Shown here: in pieces, positions 52,916 to 64,000 of the stretch
Layout: every line of letters starts with the position of its first letter
How positions within the stretch are numbered: the first letter of the stretch is position 1
From: Octopus vulgaris
Taxonomy: Eukaryota
Assembly (NCBI GenBank): GCA_951406725.2
Contig: OX597818.1
Coordinates: 68,820,001 to 68,884,000 of the forward strand
Reading direction: 5' to 3'
DNA length: 64,000 nucleotides
Made by a program: the position numbers and the translations under genes
Notes under the pieces: generated by a model
Seen by the model: only the letters and a program-made list of their open reading frames with translations
Database searches by the model: none
Told to the model about the DNA's origin: nothing

Positions 52916-54576
52916 GATATCATCATCAGCATCAGCATCATCATCATCGTCATCATCATCATCATCATCGTCATCATTATGATCATCATCATTTTGATGT
53001 CCCCATTTCTTCGCTTGCATGGGTCTGATGGAAGTTTCATTAAGCCAAGTTTCTACACTTGGGATGCGCTTCCTGTTGCCAACCCTCACTTGTTCCAAGT
53101 AAGATAAAATTTCCCCATAGTCAGACATGTTCTTCTCAGAAGATTGGAAAGGAGGATCACTTGTATAATGGTGAAGCTCATTTACAGCCATCACCTGATG
53201 TGAAGATAAGGATACACACACACACACCCACATGGGAACACACTTACACACACACACACACACACATGCATACATACAACAGGCTTCTTCTTATTTCAAT
53301 CAACCAAATTTACTCCCAAGGTTTTCTCAGTTTGTGGTAAGAGTAGAAAATATTTGCCCAAGGTGGGATTGAACATATGACCTCTAGAACTTGGAGTAAG
53401 TTACAACTTCAGTAGCAAGTCAACAGCGCCATTAGAATGTTGGACAGAATGCTTCCTAAGAGTTGTTATACCCACGGCAGGAATTTCACTGAATCTTCCG
53501 CATGTTGGGCAAAATACTTCACACTATTCCGTTCATCTTTACGTTCTGTGTTCAAATTTCACTACAGTCGACTTTGATCTTCATTCTTTTGGGTTTGCCG
53601 AAACAAGTGTCTGTTTAGCACTGGGGATGACATAATTAACTTATGCTCAACCATAAATTGCTGGCCTTGTGCCAAAATTTGTAACCCGTATTTATTCTGA
53701 CCATTTTTGTCCTGAGATCAAATCTCACTGATGCTGACACTGATGCTGATCCATTGATTTGGATGGACACCACCACTTGGCCCCTTGGCTGTCTTTGGCA
53801 ACATCCACTCAGTGGCAAAACGTTCTGGCCAAGTCTCCTGGTGGTGAGACTTTCCTCCATCTTCCAACAAGTTTCAGGCTCTTTGTCAAAGATTATGGTC
53901 ACTGCCTCCTGTCCTTATTACGGCCAGAGCAGATGGTCACTGAGAAAGCATTTATGTAATCACACAAACTGCAAGAAGTGGTAGTCAGATCTCCCTCAAA
54001 ATAAAAATCAACCTTCTTTTCTGTTTTTTTGCTATTTCATTCATATAAGTCCTTCCATCATCAAACTGCAGCCATGCTGGAGCACTGCTTTGAAGGGTCA
54101 GTAGGTTAAATGAATTATTGTAGTTATTTTAAATCTAATACTTACACTACTGGACCTTTTTATTGAACTGTGAAGTTACAAGGATGTCAACAAACCAATA
54201 TAGGCAAACACAAATAAGCACACACATACAGACATACACACACACGCACACACTCACACATACACACACATACACACATACACACATGCATAAATACAGA
54301 TATATGTATATGACTGTATATGCATGTGTGTGTGTTGTGAGTGAGTGTATGCATTCATAGATACATAGATATGCAGATACGCACATATAAATAAATAAAT
54401 AAATATATATATATATACATATGAAAAATAATAATAACAATAACAACAATAATAACAATAATGATGATGATGATGATGATGAAGGGTTGAAAATGTGTTA
54501 AATATTCAGCGATAGATGTATTTCAATAAAACAAGTTTTATATTTAAACATGGGAAGTAAATATTTTTATTAAACA

Positions 54577-54962
54577 CTAGCAGTATCGCCCGGCGTTGCT
54601 AGGGTTTGTTTCGATCCTTTAGAATTGGAATTTTTGAAAAGTAAAAATTTTGCATTATGTAGCTTGTTATTCTCTTTATGTGAACATTTTTCTAGTTGAA
54701 ATACACAGAAAAATGGCGACACAGCAGTCAAAAAATCGTAAAAAATAGGGATTTTCATAGAAAAATAGCACCTTTTTTATGTAAATAATTTTTGGTGTTA
54801 ACATGGTCCAATTTTCTTCTACAAAAGGAAGAGCAAACCTTCTTCTATCATGCTCTCAATTTTGGTCAACTTGCGTCGCAGGGTCTTGGAGGAGATAGTG
54901 TTAGTTGAAGGTTCTTATACCTGCCATACACAGACAACTTCAGCTTTATATATAGTGAGAGA
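54577..54962 (-). mobile_element. Non-autonomous Helitron (386 bp)
   Basis: Minus strand: A|TCTCTCACTATATATAAAGCTGAAG 5' end; 3' subterminal hairpin CCCTAGCAACGCCGGG followed by CTAG|T. Confidence 0.8.
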
Positions 54963-55455
54963 TTGATATAGATAAATGTTTAAAATAATAAATTATGTTT
55001 TCGCGCAAGTTTTTTGTAAAAAAAATTGTGTGTATTTTCACAAGTTGAGTTTATAAACACAGTGCTAGGACTTTGGTCTCTGCTGAACTAACTCTGAGGT
55101 CCTTTGATTCCAAGCTTCAATTCCACACCTGAAATTTCTTCTTTCAATTCTGGCTGAGATTCAGCTATAAGAATAAGGCCATCAGTACAGAGGAGTTCCC
55201 ATAGTTCAGCTGATTAAAATTCTTTTGTTATGGCCAGGTGGGACATATGTTTAAGAGGCAAACTTTGGTAAATTCCTGATAAGGTGTCACTCTCTGCTAT
55301 TCAACCATGCTTAACTTTATTCAAATCGTATTTGATTTCTCTTGCATAATCATCTTTATGTAATGTTGCTTGAAACAGAATGCTGCTGAGAATAATGTAA
55401 ACAATATTAAACTTACATTAATATCCTATTCTTTCTGTTTTTTCTTATATTTATA

Positions 55456-56205
55456 ATAGGTGAATGACCCAGCTTTGCCTGGGTTACTGCAGTTCTTATT
55501 CAGATTTCTAAACAATGAATATAATGATATCTTCTCATAATCATTTCAAAATATCTATATTTTATTTTAAAATATCAAATTTGTAATGGTAATAGAATTT
55601 CAAGCTGAAAATCTGTGAATGTCGAAGCTCCTCAGGGCAAACAATATTCATTGGGTAATGTTTTGTTGATGTCCAAATGAATAAATTGTCATTGCTTCCA
55701 ATTTGTGAGCAAGCAACATAGAGTTGGCAGTGGAAGAAGCATGGAGTACAGAGATCAAATCCAACTACCTTCAAGAACTGACTCTGAGATTTAATTGAAA
55801 TGCTAAAACTTACTTTGACTGAAAACTGAAGCGTTTTAATTCAAATGGAACATCTGTGGGTATGAGAGGTATTTTTGAAATAAAAACATGCTCTCCTTTG
55901 TGACTACCTGTTATGATTGTTACCTGTAGGGCATGGAGCTTTATGAAAGTAAAAATTAAGCGAGGTGAGAAGAGTCAAGATTTCTAAGCAACCTAATGGG
56001 AGCACCCAGTTTTAGTGTCAAGTTATGTGGTGGCATCCCAGTGGATTTGAGTGTGTTCAGAAATTCAACAGGGTATTTATTTGGTTGCTGAAAGATTACC
56101 AAATCGTTTGATAACCGTACGTCGAAATCGGAAACTAAGTTTTTAAACGCATAAGGAACACACACACACACACATACACAAACTCTGCTTTATATATATA
56201 TATAT
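55456..56205 (-). mobile_element. Internally deleted Helitron retaining PIF1 helicase C-terminus
   Basis: 5' TATATATAAAGCAGAG; 3' hairpin CCCAGGCAAAGCTGGG then CTAT (decayed CTAG); helicase motifs inside. Confidence 0.85.
55625..56077 (-). pseudogene. Helitron RepHel PIF1-like helicase C-terminal fragment
   Basis: [34 protein letters not shown]...GEHVFISKIPLIPTDVPFELKR...KVVGFDLCTPCFFHCQLYVACSQIGS, with frameshifts. Confidence 0.9.
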
Positions 56206-57002
56206 GTGTGTGTGTATGTATGAATGCATGTATGTATATATATATATATGCATAAAGAGAGAGAGGGAGAGAGAGAGAAAAGAGAGAAAGAGATGCATAT
56301 ATACATATATAAATGCATGTATTTATGTATATATATATGTGTGTTTGAATGTATGTTTATATATATGCATGTGTGCATATACATATGTGTGTATGCATAT
56401 AAGTGTATGTATATATGTATGTATGTGTGTGTGCATGTATGTATATGTGTACGTATGTATGTATGTGTGTATGTGTGTATGTATGTGCATGTATGTATGT
56501 ATGTGTATATGTGTGTATGTGTGTGTATGTACATGTATGACTGCAGGCTTGCACGCAGTTTATATTTAGTAAATTCACTCACAAACATTAGTTCACCAGC
56601 AGCCTTCGGAGAAGACATTTGCTGAAGGAGTCACCAAGCTAACACTGTCTTTCTACCACTTTAGAAACATGCTATTATCAATGACTGCAACACAGAGAAT
56701 GGAGAAACTTGTTCAACGTTCTATTACAAAATCTGAATTTTTATTAAAATAACAAATAAAAAATAGAAAACTCCATTAATGGACAAGCACAGTTAACTTA
56801 ATATTTCAAAAAATGAAAGAAGTTTCTGAAATAATTCTGGGGCATGTTTTCTTAAGCAAATTTTTTCCAGGAATCCTTTTCTAAGCTCCAAGCAGATGAA
56901 GAGACTTACATTGATTTTTACATCACGAGTCAAGACGAGAATAAATAAAAGATTTTGAGATTCGAGCTCCTTTTAATGACACCAGCAATGTTTTTAAATA
57001 AA

Positions 57003-57406
57003 GGCGCAGGAGTGGCTGTGTGGTAAGTAGCTTGTTTACCAACCACATGGTTCCGGGTTCAGTCCCACTGTGTGGCACCTTGGGCAAGTGTCTTCTACTA
57101 TAGCCTCGGGCCGACCAAAGCCTTGTGAGTGGATTTGGTAGACGGAAACTGAAAGAAGCCCATTGTATATATGTATATACATGTATGTGCGTGTGTGTTT
57201 GTGTGTCTGTGTTTGTCCCCCTAGCATTGCTTGACAACCGATGCTGGTGTGTTTATGTCCCCGTCACTTAGCGGTTCGGCAAAAGAGACCGATAGAATAA
57301 GTACTGGGCTTACAAAGAATAAGTCCCGGGGTCGAGTTGCTCGATTGAAGGCGGTGCTCCAGCATGGCCGCAGTCAAATGACTGAAACAAGTAAAAAGAG
57401 AAAAGA
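57003..57406 (+). mobile_element. Near-intact family A tRNA-derived CORE-like SINE
   Basis: A box GTGGCTGTGTGG, B box GGGTTCAGTCCC, CORE-like GGCACCTTGGGCAAGTGTCTT, internal (TG)n, tail GACTGAAACAAGTAAAAAGAG; CpGs retained. Confidence 0.88.
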
Positions 57407-57586
57407 GAACCATTGTACTTCTTTGGGAAACTTGACATAAAATCATAAACATTATGAGTTTTACACATTTGCATCTTTACTAACAACCGAAAGGGATTAA
57501 GATTATCATAATTGTTTTGGTAAGATATAAAGGGAAATCAGCCTGTTTGATAAGCACTATATGAATTCCCTATAGATATATATCCA

Positions 57587-57622
<36 letters not shown>

Positions 57623-57829
57623 TAAACAGTGGTCGTACACAGGACAAAGTTTAACTCATAAGATATTTACTTAATACATTAAAGAGAAAACTATCTTAAC
57701 ATTTTGAACTTTAGTCCTTTATCAGTAGAAAGGGAGAATCATAGAAGGGGTGAGAAGAGAAAGAGTCAATGAGAGAGAAAACAGAAAAAAATGGACAAAT
57801 GGTTAGAAGCCAGGTGGCAGTGCTGTATA

Positions 57830-58235
57830 TATGTTCTGAAAGAGTATTTGCTAGAATAAGAATAAGCTAGAGAAAGTTCCGTGTTATTAATTTCTGTTGG
57901 TAATAAAAGGCCTCATTCTCAGAGAGAAAGTTAACTTGTATGATGCTTGTGCACGAACAGCAATGCTACATGGTGAAATGTGGCTCATGAATGCAGAGGA
58001 CATGCAAAGACGAGAGAAATGAAGCTAGCATACTTCGGTGAATGTGCAACATTCATGTGTGTGTATGACAATGTGTTAAGGTATTGAGAGAAAAATTGGG
58101 CATAAACGGCATCAGATGTAGTATGCAAGAGAGAAGACTGTGCTGGGTTGGTCATGAGATGCATGTGCAGATGAGGACTGCTGCATAAAGAAGTGTTGGT
58201 CACTAAATATGGATGGAACATGTGAAAAATGCACC
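57830..58235 (+). mobile_element. Heavily decayed RTE ORF fragment
   Basis: Aligns with 58590-58985 (TGTATGATGCTTGTGCACGAACAGCAATGCTACATGG..GCAAGAGAGAAGACTGTGCTGG). Confidence 0.75.
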
Positions 58236-58309
58236 TTGTATACATACACACATATATATATATACAAGTAGAGAGACAGACAAATAGATAGCAGCCCTGG
58301 CAACAATCA

Positions 58310-58342
<33 letters not shown>

Positions 58343-58346
<4 letters not shown>

Positions 58347-59008
58347 GAAAAGGTGTAGGTAGAAACTCTATAAGATGTACCCAGTGTAAGCTATGGACAC
58401 ATAAGAGGTGCAGCAATGTCAAAGGTAGGCTAACTGGGAAGATAGTTTTTGTATGTGGCAGATGCTCGGGAGCATTAACCTCCGAAAATTTGCAGAAAAC
58501 AACTTCCGTCACTTTCCGGGGGGAAAAACTAGAAGTAGTTGATAGCTTCCATTATCTAGGTGACCAAGTCAGTAGTGGGGGTGGGTGCGCTGAAAGTGTA
58601 ACTTCTAGAATAAGAATGGCCTGGGCAAAGTTTAGGGAGCTCTTACCTCTGCTGGTGACTAAAGGCCTCTCGCTCAGAGTAAAAGATAGACTGTATGATG
58701 CATGTGTACGAACAGCCATGCTACATGGCAGTGAAACATGGGCCGTGACTGCTGAGGACATGCGTAAGCTCATGAGGAATGAAGCCAGTATGCTCCGATG
58801 GATGTGTAATGTCAGTGTACATACTCGACAGAGCGTTAGTACCTTGAGAGAAATGTTGTACCTAAGAAGCATCAGTTGTGGTGTGCAAGAGAGACGATTG
58901 CGCTGGTATGGTCATGTGGCGAGAATGGATGAAGATAGGTGTGTGAGAAAGTGCCAATCCCTAGCAGTTGAGGGAACCCGTGGAAGAGGTAGACCCAGGA
59001 AAACCTAG
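58343..59008 (+). pseudogene. RTE ORF C-terminal part (PHD-like finger, RT domain 7 YLG, thumb and C-terminus)
   Basis: CRKGVGRNSIRCTQCKLWTHKRC...VCGRC...LEVVDSFHYLGD...LHGSETW...RRLRWYGHVARM...RGRGRPRKT; TAG at 59006-59008 replaces the expected Trp codon. Confidence 0.9.
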
Positions 59009-59615
59009 GACAAGGTGGTGAAGCACGACCTTCGAACTTTAGGCCTCACTGAGGAAATGACCAGCGACCGAGACCTTTGGAAATATGCTGTACGTGAGAA
59101 GACCAGGCAGGACAAGTCAGCCCAGCCCACTTATGAATGCCTTTCCTCCCTTGGACACAAAGACCTGTTGAGGCAAGCGAAGTCGATATAGAACCTCATC
59201 CAACGACAGGCACCCATGCCAACCCCCTTTGCTTGCGAAGACATGTTGGGGCAAGCAAAAGCGAAATCGAAATCGAATTGAACCAGCCAGGATCCCTGGT
59301 CTGGTGGTACGTAAAAAGCACTATCCGACTCGTGGCCGATGCCAGCGCTGCCTCGTCTGGCTTCCGTGCCGGTGGCACGTAAAATACACCAATCCGACCG
59401 TGGCCGTTGCCAGCCTCGCCTGGCACCTGTGCAGGTGGCACGTAAAAAGCACCCACTACACTCACGGAGTGGTTGGCGTTAGGAAGGGCATCCAGCTGTA
59501 GAAACATTGCCAGATAAGACTGGAGCCTGGTGCAGCCTTCTGGCTTCCCAGATGCCCGGTCGAACCGTCCAACCCATGCTAGCATGGAGAACGGACGTTA
59601 AACGATGATGATGAT
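58343..59615 (+). mobile_element. Young 5'-truncated RTE LINE flanked by (TA)n
   Basis: Continuous frame 58343-59005, 3' UTR with ~3 copies of the 67-bp unit, GGACGTTAAAC(GAT)n tail. Confidence 0.93.
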
Positions 59616-61685
59616 ATATATATATATATATAAGGATATATGTATATAGGTATATATATATATATGAATGTATGTGTTATACCTGTTATGTGTGTCAGTT
59701 GTTAGCCTGTGCCCATGCTGTAGCACTGACTTGAAGAATCTTTTGTAGAATAAGTTGACAACTCTTCTTATAAATCTGATGCTTATTCTATCAGTCTCTT
59801 TTGTCAAACCTACTAAACTACAAGGATGTAAACACACCAACATCGGTTGTCAGTCGGTGATAGGAGTCAAACACAGAGTCACACCCACGCACATACATAC
59901 ACTCACACATGCACACATTCACACATGCACACACTCAAACGTACATGCACATACATGGGTACACACGCACACATGCAAAGTGTCACAGAGCAGGCTTGAA
60001 CTCAGAGCCATGTGGTTAGAAAACAAACTTCTTACCACACAGCCATGTGTGTGTGTGTGTGTGTGTCTCTACACCATCACCATCATTCTGAGCCATTCTT
60101 CAAAGGAAGATGGGAAAAAAAAAAGAAGCCAAAACTGCACTTTATATTTAGGCGTGTATCATGCCTGGAGAAGTTGCAGTGAAATTGCTTTCTTTGTATA
60201 TTGCAATAACTACACCACCTTAACAAATTCCACTCTTTGTTCTTACTTTCATTCTATGAAATCATTGCAACTATTACGCTATTTCCATTAATTCCACAAA
60301 TGGCAGGTCAACAGTTTTAATATTAATCTCTTCCTTGCGCAGCAGCTTTTTACTCATAAATCTCTTCTCTCTCTCTTCATTTTGCGTAGGAAATATAATT
60401 ATTTTCAGCCAAGATGCTTGTATATAATTATTTCAGCCTAAAACAACCTTAGGATGTTTTCAATAAGAGATGTCTGCCACATATCAAAAGATATTATTTT
60501 ATAGAATTAGTTCAAACTTCAGAGAAAAGAGCATGTTTACCTATTTAATACGTATATTTTGCTTCCACCATTTCATAATTCTGTGCTGTCTTTCCCAGAA
60601 CACTTTGCCAAGACAAGTAGAGCAATATCACGTTTATTTACCATTTATTTTATACACTGAAAAACTTATTTAGCAGGATTTTGCTTCTCGTAGTATTACT
60701 TTAGAACACAAGGTTTCAGATTAACGGCAAAGAAAGTTGCTTAACCCCAAATCATTTCTGATTGAACAGACCTATGATTAAGAGTATTTGAGAAATGGTC
60801 ATTCGGTTTTTACTTTTTGAGACACTCTATATCTAGGACCATAATTTTGTAATAAAATACCACCATCAGTTGCTAGCTGTAAGGACACTGCATCCTTGAA
60901 AATTTGCATCATTAGTATCATCATCACCATCATCATACTTATCATTATCATCATCATTATCATTTAATGCCTGTATTCTCTGCTGGCATGGGTTGGATGA
61001 CTTGACAGAAGCTGGCAAGGCCAGGAGCCTCACCAGGTTCCGTTACCTGCTTTGACACAGTTTCTACAGCTGGGCGTCCTTCCTAACACCAGCTATTTTA
61101 CAGAGTACACTAAGTGCTTTTTGTGTGACACCTGCACGAGTGTTTTTGATGTGGAACCATCAGCGTTGCTTTTTACATGGCACCAGCACCAACAGGGTCA
61201 CCAAGTAACTCACAAAACAAAAAGCCTTCAGCTCGAAGGAGGAGGAGTAGTATTGAGAGGGTGTGGCTTTGTGTGAGTTGAGAGATTTAATGTATAGGGG
61301 GGACAGAGAGAGGTGTCTTGCTGCAGAGTAGATATATGGATACTCAAGTTGGAAAACAAAGGGGAGTGAGTTGTAGGATGAGATGAAGACATGTTGGGAC
61401 ATGCCCTCAAGGAACATTGGGTGGGGGTAAGAATAGGTGAGGTGATAGAAAATATTGAGCTGGTTAGAGGGTAGCATGAGGCAGCTGGAGCTAAATGATG
61501 GACAGAAATATAGGAGAGGTTCAGAGGCAGTAGATGCAGTAGATATGGGAGGGCATTGAGGTGCTAGCAGGTAAGTTAGGAGTTGATGATGGAAGGCAGT
61601 ATAGGGAGGGAGGGAGGGAGGGAAGGGTGTAGAAGGGATATGATTAGTGGAGACAGTAGGTGGGGGAGGTAAGTTGGAGCTGTGA

Positions 61686-61769
61686 GTAAAGGTAACAAGA
61701 GGTGTGGTAAAGGTAAAAGGAGATGTAGTAAAGGTAACAGGTGTAGTAAAGGTAACAAGAGGTGTGGTA
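61686..61769. repeat. ~21-bp purine-rich minisatellite, 4 units
   Basis: GTAAAGGTAACAAGAGGTGTG repeated with variants. Confidence 0.7.
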
Positions 61770-62560
61770 TGTTCTCAGGTGACAGAGGAAGTGATAAGTG
61801 TTGAGGGAAGAAATGTAGATGGGGGAGAAGGTTCACAGGGCAGAGCCCATCAGGGATATGCATTACCAAGGTGGTTTTAGGATATCAATTCTATTGTGAT
61901 GGACAGGTCTTCTAGAGTTCCATGCTTCTCAAAATTCACCAACATTCCTCCAGACATGCCTGTTCAACCATTCCACTTTGTGACTCTTTTACTCTTTCCT
62001 TTTCTGCCCTTTTCCATTTCCCATTCTGCATCCATGTCTTTTAGGCATTCCTTGCTTTCATTCTCTCCTCTTTTATGTTAGATTTTTCTCTCCTCTTCAA
62101 CTCTGCAGACAACAATCTCATTCTATTAAATTATCTATTGTAGGTCTAATGTTTTTTGATTTTTGTTTTTTGTTGTTTTGATGTACAGAAAGGATGCGTG
62201 CCCATAGCCTACACAGGCATTCTAGATTTGGTGATACTGATGCCATCAAAGTTCCTTTTGAACAGTAGAAATTCTTCAACTGTAGAGAGAATATTTACAG
62301 GGAGAGAATTCCACAGGGATTGCATTTTCTATCCTGTTTCATTTGTTCATTTAACATCCATTCTCCCATGCTGAGATGTGATTGACAGGGACTTAACAGC
62401 AGCAGGATTTTACGACTGGGTGCACTTCCAGTCACCAAACCTTCCCTGGGTTTCAGTTAAGGGATGTAATGTTGTTATCCATTATTGATGTGGCCTTTCA
62501 AGTGCACAGTGACTGACCACAGTTTCAATAAGAAAATATCAATATTCTCAAGCCTGCAGT

Positions 62561-62619
<59 letters not shown>

Positions 62620-62642
62620 TCATACATCATCATGATGTACTG

Positions 62643-62852
62643 TTTCAAATTTTGGCACAAACCCAGTAATCTTTGGGGAGGGGACAGGGTGAAAGCAATT
62701 ACATTGACCTCAATGTTTAATTGGTCCTTTTTTATCGACCCTTAAAGGATGAAAGGCTAAGTCCATCTCAGTAGGATTGGAACTCAAAATGCAAAGATAA
62801 GTGAAATGCCACTGAGTATTTTGCATGGTTTGCTGACGATCCTGCCAGCTCA
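62643..62852 (-). mobile_element. Family B SINE (decayed)
   Basis: TTTATCGACCCTTAAAGGATGAAAGGC..CTGCCAGCTCAC. Confidence 0.7.
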
Positions 62853-62881
62853 CAGCTTTACACTCACACAATATAAAACAG

Positions 62882-62956
<75 letters not shown>

Positions 62957-63518
62957 CAACACGCTTCCATACAGTATCTAAAAGCATTGGTTGACTCAAG
63001 GCTGTAGTCAAAGACATTTGCACAAGATTATGGACCATGGGACAGAACTAAAAGCTGTGTAGTTTTGAAATGAACAGAAAGAAAAAAAAAAGAAACAGAT
63101 GCACTAATTGACCTATTCAAGGGACTTTTTTTAGTGGTTGTGTAGTCTGCTAGAAATATCAACCAAATCTTCTTCAAATCAGAACCTGATCAGGTGCAAA
63201 GAAGTAAAAGTTGTTCCTGAATAATATCCAAGATAAACTTATCATCATCATCATCACCCTCATCATCATCATCATCGTCGTCGTCGTCGTCGTCATCGTC
63301 ATAATCATAAATGAGAAAGCTATGTGGTCATGGAAACTATGCCAAAATAATTACTTACACAACAAAGTGTGTATATGTGTGGGTGTGTGCGGGGGGGGGT
63401 ACTTTCTTTGTTGCTGTATGGACAAAAGATGATGAAAGATTGTCGCTGAGAGTGAAGGTGTAAGAACTGCTCAACCCATGTTATAGAAAAAACAGAGGTA
63501 AAACGATGGCAAGAACAA

Positions 63519-63552
<34 letters not shown>

Positions 63553-64000
63553 ATTGACAATGTTGATTGACAACACTGAAGACAAAGAACAACAAGCGAT
63601 ATTGATGATGGCACCAATGACAACGATGAAGATAATAGTGGACAGAGTGGACAGAGGGCAGTCTGCTATGCCATGGTTGAGAAAACACTGGATATTTGCT
63701 GAGACTACAAGACATCTTCAGTGTTTCTTTGATGATGAGCAGGTGTGGTCATCGTTTGTCAGAATTACCTTTCTTTGTCCCTTTGTCCCTTTGACTTATC
63801 TGCACTCCTGGCTGAAGTGTAGACCAGGGCAAGACACTTGGCCCCTGGAGGGTCAGCAGGCACTCACAGCCCTCTGCAAATCAGTCATTGCCATTCGTGG
63901 AAATTCCACTTTGGCATTCTGTAGATGGTAAGTCTCAGGAAAATGTGTCCAGGTTCTTGGGGAGAATCTGGGCATCAATGAAAATCAATTGGCTGATTTG

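Overview
AT-rich, microsatellite-saturated eukaryotic DNA. The repeat complement (CORE-type and Meta-type tRNA SINEs, (GAT)n-tailed RTE LINEs, and dense (TA)n/(CA)n/(ATT)n/(GAT)n tracts) is typical of a coleoid cephalopod such as Octopus; this assignment is an inference. No intact host protein-coding gene is evident, and almost all ORFs in the track are microsatellite translations. Recognisable elements are: a full-length but frameshifted DD34D mariner (2849-4136), a decayed maT-like Tc1/mariner, two Helitrons (one keeps a PIF1 helicase C-terminus), pogo-like and piggyBac-like MITEs, several RTE fragments (one with a PHD-like finger inside the RT region), an ~18-unit 67-bp tandem array derived from the RTE 3' UTR, and many SINEs. 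The most unusual signal is a set of short repeats carrying minimal type I hammerhead-ribozyme folds of the kind associated with Penelope-like elements. One family joins the hammerhead to a tRNA-derived Pol III head and occurs as a head-to-head palindrome (2298-2843). A few well-bounded minus-strand exon candidates suggest the window may be intronic or 5'-UTR sequence of a minus-strand transcript.
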